Assembly (NCBI GenBank): GCA_965222605.1
Contig: OZ244960.1
Location: 5,805,280-5,869,279 of the forward strand
Source of the DNA: Candidatus Latescibacterota bacterium
Lineage (GTDB): Bacteria > Latescibacterota > UBA2968
Length of the DNA: 64,000 bases
Reading direction: 5' to 3'
A program made the position numbers and the translations under genes. The notes under the pieces were generated by a model. The model saw nothing but the letters and a program-made list of their open reading frames with translations. It did no database searches and was not told where the DNA came from. Positions 38,427-44,123 of the stretch are shown piece after piece (the first letter of the stretch is position 1; each line of letters starts with the position of its first letter).

Positions 38427-39163
38427 ATGTGGAACCATATTATGTTGACCATTTGTTCGGTGTTTGTGTTGACAGGTCCGGCATCGACTGGAGACATGAC
38501 CCGTGACCCGGACAAGGACTTCAATAAGCTAAGCACCGCAGGAAACCAACGCCCTCAAGGGATCTGGTCGAACGGAACGACCATGTGGGTGGTGGACTCC
38601 TATGACCAGAAAATTTATGCCTACAACCTGAGGACCAAAGCCCGTGACTCGAACAGGATGATAGCTGGGACCGCGAGAATCGTCCTGTGATGAATGTGAG
38701 CTGGGAAGATGCCCAGTCTTATGTTCGCTGGTTGTCTGGCAAGACGGGAAAACCCTATCGTTTATTGAGTGAATCGGAATGGGAGTATGTGGCGCGTGCA
38801 GGTACAGAGACGGCGTATAGCTGGGGGGATCATATTGGTGAAAACCGTGCCAATTGTGATGGTTGCGGCAGTCAGTGGGATGGTAAGCAGACGGCGCCAG
38901 TGGGATCATTCGCAGCCAATGGCTGGGGCCTTTACGACATGCACGGTAATGTAAGGGAGTGGGTGGAAGACTGCTATCATGGCAGCTATGCGGGCGCACC
39001 TACTGATGGAAGTGCACGGGAGTCTACGGAGGGGTGCTGGCGCGTGTTTCGTGGTGGTTCGTGGGACCTCGAACCGAGGAATTTGCGTTCGGCGTATCGC
39101 AGCAGAGGCACCACCGATGTTCGGTACTACAGCATCGGTTTTCGAGTTGCCCGGTCTTTTTAA
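38427..39163 (+). pseudogene. Two-frame chimera: signal peptide plus one WSNGTTMWV..KIYAY blade (38427-38690) joined out of frame to the C-terminal 60 percent of an FGE-fold gene (38648-39163); DGR-target-like copy 2
   Basis: AAGGAGG RBS before ATG 38427; FGE homology (DDSWDRENRPVMNVSW) starts about 38651 in the +1 frame; stop of frame 1 overlaps GTG/ATG at 38687-38692. Confidence 0.5.
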
Positions 39164-39186
39164 CTCCTGATTCTTTACATCTTTAC
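39137..39186 (+). repeat. Conserved 3' block, copy 2
   Basis: GGTTTTCGAGTTGCCCGGTCTTTTTAACTCCTGATTCTTTACATCTTTAC. Confidence 0.9.
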
Positions 39187-39195
39187 CTCTTTTGT

Positions 39196-39243
39196 GGGGG
39201 AGGGTGGGGGGTGGGGGCTTGGGGGTTGGTTTTAGACGGGGGG
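39196..39243 (+). repeat. G-tract cluster (potential G-quadruplex) downstream of copy 2
   Basis: G-runs of 5, 3, 6, 5, 5 and 6 within 48 nt; a shorter version sits at 38336-38356 after copy 1 and GGGGG at 39834-39838 after copy 3. Confidence 0.7.
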
Positions 39244-39343
39244 TTTTACGATTTTTTTTCGAGGGAGGGTTTACGTGGTATGTTCGAAGAATTTTCCCCA
39301 TTGAACAATCCTGTTATAGGATAGGATATCAGGAGTTAGGCTT

Positions 39344-39802
39344 TTGAATGACCAGTCAAATGCTCGGGCACGTCAAACTGGACCGGCATTAGAGGCACAT
39401 TACCAGTTCATTCTGTGGCTGGTGCCCACCCTGGAGCGATTTCCCCGCAATCAGTGGGATGCAGAGAAGACAGCTCCAGGGGGCTCGTTTAGTGCCAACA
39501 GATGGGGTCTCCACGACATGCACGGTAATGTGGCAGAGTGGGTGCAAGATTGTTGGAACTGGGATTACAAGGGGGCACCTGCAGACGGTTCTGCGTGGGA
39601 GTCTGGGGACTGTTCTGAGCGCGTGTTGCGTGGTGGTTCGTGGATAAGCGAACCCTATTCTGATTTCAGTCTTGCTATCTGCTCGGCATGTCGGGCCAGC
39701 ATACTCCTCAAATCTCGCCAAAGAAGGATTTTCGGTCATATAGTTGGAGGTGAAATTTTCCGAAGTAGCACCGTCGGTTTTCGAGTTGTCCGGTCTTTTT
39801 AG
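39344..39802 (+). CDS. Chimeric ORF: Avd/four-helix-bundle-like N-terminal 37 codons fused in frame to the C-terminal part of an FGE-fold domain (copy 3)
   Basis: TTG start after AGGAG; ALEAHYQFILWLVPTLERFPRNQ then WDAEKTAPGGSFSANRWGLHDMHGNVAEWV...RGGSW...GFRVVRSF; may be a non-functional fusion. Confidence 0.5.
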   Translation: MNDQSNARARQTGPALEAHYQFILWLVPTLERFPRNQWDAEKTAPGGSFSANRWGLHDMHGNVAEWVQDCWNWDYKGAPADGSAWESGDCSERVLRGGSWISEPYSDFSLAICSACRASILLKSRQRRIFGHIVGGEIFRSSTVGFRVVRSF

Positions 39803-39825
39803 ATCCTGATTCTTTATTTTTTCCC
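39776..39825 (+). repeat. Conserved 3' block, copy 3 (diverged)
   Basis: GGTTTTCGAGTTGTCCGGTCTTTTTAGATCCTGATTCTTTATTTTTTCCC. Confidence 0.8.
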
Positions 39826-39853
39826 TCTTGTGTGGGGGAGGAAGGAGAAAACC

Positions 39854-41509
39854 ATGCGTAAACGAATCACGACTGTTGTTATCATCGTCACCACGCTTTT
39901 GATCTATCCGCTGTCTCAGGTTCCTGGGAGTAGTCACGATACATGTGATACGCCGCCTAACAGGGCCCCTATGGCGAAGGGCACCATTGATCCTGTGACG
40001 CTGGGTGTTAATCCTGATACTATAGATGTATCGGACAAATTCAAGGATGATGACGGAGATACGCTGACATACAAGGTATTAGTGAGTGCAGACGCCATTG
40101 TAAAGGCGCATATGGATAGCAGTAAAGTGATAATCGGTCGGGACAGTGTGTTCCGTGCGACAATTACCGTGGTGGCTACAGACCCAGACAGTTTGAAGGC
40201 AACGCAGACGATAGCAGTGAAGGTGAATCAAGCTCCTTTGGCGGTGGACTCGATTGCTTCCGTGATGCTGGGTGTTGATCCCGACACTGTGGATGTATCG
40301 GACAAATTTAGCGATGCGGACGGAGATACACTGACATACAAGGCGACGGTGAGTGATACAGCTATTGCAACGGTGAGTATGGATGATGGCAAGGTGACCA
40401 TCAAGCCTGGGACGAAGGAGGGCAATACGATGGTGACGGTGACAGCGGAAGATCGGTGGGGATTGCAAGCAAAACAATACATTGCTGTGGTACAAGTGGA
40501 TCCGATAATCAAAGTCATTGAACACATAATCATTGTGTTTGTAGTAACTGGAATTGGAGCTTTGCTTTTAAAATTCGCCTTTAAATTTAATTTTAACTTT
40601 GATACTCGTATAGGTGAAAAAGGTAAGGTTCAGGAAAATAAAGATGCGCTTAGGAGGCTCCAGTATATCGTCGGAGTTCTGGGTATCGGACTGCCGCTTC
40701 TCCTGCTCATTGCATGTCTGTACGATTACGGGTCTAATACTATGATGGTAGAAGATTTCAGTAAGTGTGTCAAAAATTCAATCAGTGCGTATTACGATAG
40801 CGCGAGTCGAGACGTATTCGTTGGGATTCTATGCGTAATCGGTGCATTTCTGTTTGCCTATAAAGGCTATGACACTCGGGATGACCAGGCGAGCCATCTC
40901 GCGGGATTGTCGGCGTTCGGAGTTGCACTCTTCCCCGCGACAAGCAACAACAGAGCGGTAGAGGCGATGCATTACTTGTCTGCCATATTGCTCTTTTTGA
41001 CGCTGGCCTATATTTCGCGGTATCGTTTTACAAAATCGAAATGTGAGTCTATACGACCAGGAACGCTCAAGGCGAAACGGAACCAGGTGTATAATTGGTG
41101 TGCTTATATGATGATATTTGGCCTGCTTGCTATCGGTGCATTTAAGTGCTTGAAATTGCCCGCGATGAACGACTACAAGATGATGTCCGCCGCCGTGCTA
41201 CTTTTGGTACTGACCTATTTTTTAATAAATGCCTATTTTTCATGGCATTCTACAGAAAAGGCTAAACAGAATAAGAAAAGCGCACATGTGATAACATTTG
41301 GCCTCTTCGCTATTGGAGTTGGGGTTTGGACACAATATTATCTGACTTCGTTTCCCTTTATGTTTGTGACCGAAACCGTGCTGTTTTTAGCGTTTGGCAT
41401 TTCGTGGTTGGTCAAGAGTGACACATTGATATTATTACGCGATAAAGATGAAAATGATGTCGATGATGATCAAAATGGTGCCGATGACGATGAAAATGAT
41501 AGTGCGTAG
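39854..41509 (+). CDS. Secreted/membrane protein: two tandem Ig-like (cadherin/Big-like) domains plus a C-terminal polytopic membrane domain and acidic tail
   Basis: Start MRKRITTVVIIVTTLLIYPLS; two ~95-aa repeats each with D.DGDTLTYK; then at least 6 hydrophobic segments; tail DKDENDVDDDQNGADDDENDSA. Confidence 0.65.
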   Translation: MRKRITTVVIIVTTLLIYPLSQVPGSSHDTCDTPPNRAPMAKGTIDPVTLGVNPDTIDVSDKFKDDDGDTLTYKVLVSADAIVKAHMDSSKVIIGRDSVFRATITVVATDPDSLKATQTIAVKVNQAPLAVDSIASVMLGVDPDTVDVSDKFSDADGDTLTYKATVSDTAIATVSMDDGKVTIKPGTKEGNTMVTVTAEDRWGLQAKQYIAVVQVDPIIKVIEHIIIVFVVTGIGALLLKFAFKFNFNFDTRIGEKGKVQENKDALRRLQYIVGVLGIGLPLLLLIACLYDYGSNTMMVEDFSKCVKNSISAYYDSASRDVFVGILCVIGAFLFAYKGYDTRDDQASHLAGLSAFGVALFPATSNNRAVEAMHYLSAILLFLTLAYISRYRFTKSKCESIRPGTLKAKRNQVYNWCAYMMIFGLLAIGAFKCLKLPAMNDYKMMSAAVLLLVLTYFLINAYFSWHSTEKAKQNKKSAHVITFGLFAIGVGVWTQYYLTSFPFMFVTETVLFLAFGISWLVKSDTLILLRDKDENDVDDDQNGADDDENDSA

Positions 41510-42043
41510 GAGTAATTGTGCAGAAACCGAGCCTGATAGAATGTCTTGCCATTAAACGAAAGAGAAAAATGTAGTTAGAGTTTCGGGATAGCACTCATCA
41601 TCAAGAACCCAAAATCTCCAATGTCTTTTTTCGCTGGCGAATACAGGTTTGTCCTCTAAGCACAGCCACCAATTCAAATAATCCCGGCCCAAACCCAACG
41701 CCGCAAAGTGCAAGGCGCGTTAATGCGTTTGGAACCCAACAGGTCGGGTTCACCAGCCAATGTGTACGTGTGGCGTCGCACGCAACGATAGTAGGCGAAA
41801 ATTGATAAAAGAAGAGACAGCATGCGAAGAGTGATCACAAGTATTTTTGTTCTATTTTTACTGGGATTCTCCACAGTTGCATTCGCCCAACTGCCACCGG
41901 AGGTCATGGTAGATAAACATCTGATGCAGGCAGAACAGCTACTTGAGAAAAAAGACTATATAGTTGCGTTCAACATGATGGACAAAATCATCGCGCTGCA
42001 AAAAGAGCACAGTCTCACATTGCCAGACGAGTTCCACTTTAAG

Positions 42044-42052
42044 TATACACAG
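42044..42052. repeat. Target-site duplication, left copy
   Basis: TATACACAG immediately before the left inverted repeat. Confidence 0.85.
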
Positions 42053-43126
42053 ACGTGATGTGTGACTTTAAATAGCGAAAAAGAGGTTCCTCGGCTATCT
42101 TGAATTGTTCACTAAACAAGAAGCCATTCAACGAAAGGAACCTCCAATGTATAATTTAGACCTTTTTGTCATTGCAATCTACTGTTTTATTGAAGACGAA
42201 CTTTATTCGGCTTTCTGTAAGGTACATGGCAAGCCCCGTCAAGCAGGCTTTGAGCCCGGTCTAAGTGATGCCGAATGTCTCACCATAGAAATCGTGGGTC
42301 ACTTTCTGGGATATTCAAGCCAGAAAAAACTTTATGAGCAGATGAAAGAACACTTCATAGATTGGTTTCCCACTTTGAAAGACCGTCCTGCCTTTGTGCG
42401 TCAATGTGCCAATTTGTGGGTTGTCAAGATGTGGATGCAACAGCGGATTGTTGCCAGCTTGGAAGGGCATCAGGCATCCTGCCAGATCATAGATACGCTA
42501 CCCTTACCGATCTGTAAACTGGCAAGGCGACATTATCGCAAGATATTTACAAGAGAGCCAGTCTTTGAGTTCCCACCCCCTTCAAAAGGCTTCTGTGCTG
42601 CCAAAAGCGAAGCGTATTTTGGTTTTAAGGGTGGCCTGAGGATCACGGATTATGGCCTTATTGTCCACGCGCCGATCTTGAAAGCGTATGGACACGACAA
42701 GAACTGCCGAGAGGCACTCCTTGATGGCACAATGGGAGATACAACCGTCTTGGCCGATGCGGCCTTTATGGATTTGGACTGGCAAAAAAGGTGCTTTGAT
42801 ACCTACCGAATACGCATAAAGACACCCTTAAAGTCCAATATGAAAGACAATCCTGAACGCACCCCTTTCATTTTGCCCAAAGCGAAGAAAGCCACAAGGC
42901 GATTAGTCGGAGCGGTGTACAACTTCGCAGAAGTTCAACCGTTTATGCACAATTGACAGAACGCTTGCATATTGCCCGCATGAAAGTGCGAGATGCATGG
43001 CATTTATTGAACTTGTGGCATACCAAAATCTTAACCCATACTATGTGTGTCTTTCTCAATATCATCAATTATCGAGACCCTCTTGATTTTGATGGCCTCG
43101 TGCAATTTTGAAGTCACACATCGCGT
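42053..43126 (+). mobile_element. IS982-family insertion sequence (1074 bp)
   Basis: Terminal inverted repeats ACGTGATGTGTGACTTTAAA (42053-42072) and TTTGAAGTCACACATCGCGT (43107-43126), 18/20 complementary; 9-bp direct repeats outside. Confidence 0.85.
42147..43111 (+). pseudogene. IS982-family DDE transposase with a frameshift near 42900-42950
   Basis: MYNLDLFVIAIYCFIEDE...LSDAE...IIDTLPLPIC...GFCAAKSEAYFGFKG...LADAAF in frame 1 (stop 42956); conserved C-terminus STVYAQLTERLHIARMKVRDAW...continues in another frame to a stop inside the right IR. Confidence 0.75.
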
Positions 43127-43135
43127 TATACACAG
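43127..43135. repeat. Target-site duplication, right copy
   Basis: TATACACAG immediately after the right inverted repeat. Confidence 0.85.
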
Positions 43136-43267
43136 ATTGCCTTTTCAACAGGCTCGATGCAGACCGCTGTGAACGGCAGGGAGCAGGAATGATGACAGAC
43201 GAGACGGCGGAGCTTGGCCCGTAGTGCCTTTATATGGGAACCGTAACTATCTGGGCTAAGATGTGCG

Positions 43268-43513
43268 TTATTTGGCGCGTTGACGCCATCCTCTTATTCT
43301 TTCTCTCTGTTGTCTGACAAGTGTGACGACTTCTTGCGTAGAGATGTCTGCCTCGATTGAAGGAACATCCAGTGGTGACCCGGAGAGGCGTTCTGGCACC
43401 AGGGCATAAGTCCTGCCGTCTTTTCTGCGTATAAGGACCTTACCCATTGATTCGGCTTTGTCGAGTACGCTGGAGAGTCTTTGTCTGGCTTCTGAGTACG
43501 TATATACTTCCAT
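43268..43513 (-). CDS. Phd/YefM-like antitoxin candidate
   Basis: Start MEVYTYSEARQRLSSVLDKAE... (Met17 of track ORF), typical Phd/YefM-type N-terminus; begins 1 nt after the vapC stop. Confidence 0.6.
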   Translation of the reverse strand: MEVYTYSEARQRLSSVLDKAESMGKVLIRRKDGRTYALVPERLSGSPLDVPSIEADISTQEVVTLVRQQRERIRGWRQRAK

Positions 43514-43514
43514 C

Positions 43515-43913
43515 TCATTCCTCCAAATTAACGAGGTTGATACCGAGTGCATCTGCGGCACGTTTAAGTGTTCGATCCAGTGTTAATAAGGGTGCTGCAT
43601 GCCGCAAGGCGCAGTCCAATAAGTACGCGTCGTATGCGTATGCGTTTACCTGAGCCGCGATGGACAGAACATTTGCCATGTCAATGTTCACGTATTGCAG
43701 GGGGATGCTATCGAGAATCTCCAGCCCCCGCTGTGCATCCGCGACGCTGATGCGATGTTGCTTGATCATCGCAGAGAAGGCATTTCCGATTTCCCAGGGA
43801 ATGGAACCGGGACCGATAAGTGTGTGACCCGATGTGGCTGCGATAATCGCGTCTCTTTCAGGTTCAGCTACGATCACCGCAATGATCGCTGACGTATCAA
43901 TTACAATGTTCAT
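43515..43913 (-). CDS. vapC: PIN-domain toxin (VapC family)
   Basis: 132 aa; MNIVIDTSAIIAV (first acidic residue), later YDAYLLD and LTLDRTL. Confidence 0.8.
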   Translation of the reverse strand: MNIVIDTSAIIAVIVAEPERDAIIAATSGHTLIGPGSIPWEIGNAFSAMIKQHRISVADAQRGLEILDSIPLQYVNIDMANVLSIAAQVNAYAYDAYLLDCALRHAAPLLTLDRTLKRAADALGINLVNLEE

Positions 43914-44123
43914 TATGGTCTCCTCAAGACACTATCAATTGTACAATTGTCTGAAGAAATGTCAAGGGATATATACTTCAAAGGTGCCTCGTGCTGAAAG
44001 AAATTGACCAGGAAAAGATAGGTGTAGTATGAAGCGTCTTTGTATCGTGCTTGCAGTCGTTGCAAGTTGTCTATGGGTATGTTTGATCAAAACGGCGTAA
44101 TACCAAAATAGAAGGAAAAACCA

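Larger units (their letters stand above)
41822..43192 (+). pseudogene. Small secreted-protein gene split by the IS982-family element
   Basis: 41822-42052 (signal peptide plus helical region ...HFKYTQ) continues in frame at 43136-43192 (IAFSTGSMQTAVNGREQE) once the IS and one TSD copy are removed. Confidence 0.7.

Noticed and set aside
39344-39802. Copy 3 of the lectin-fold array as the DGR template repeat (it follows an Avd-like peptide and its 3' block differs slightly from the other two, like an IMH* would).
   Set aside because: The segment corresponding to the variable region is not adenine-rich. It has 15-nt and 45-nt insertions relative to copies 1-2, and it differs from them at many non-variable positions upstream, so it cannot be their template.
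37533-39802. The FGE-sulfatase-fold genes as genuine formylglycine-generating enzymes maturing the sulfatase at 139-1827.
   Set aside because: The cysteine pair that follows GGS(W/Y) in catalytic FGEs is absent in all three. Two copies lack the N-terminal half of the domain. The C-terminal loops are hypervariable.
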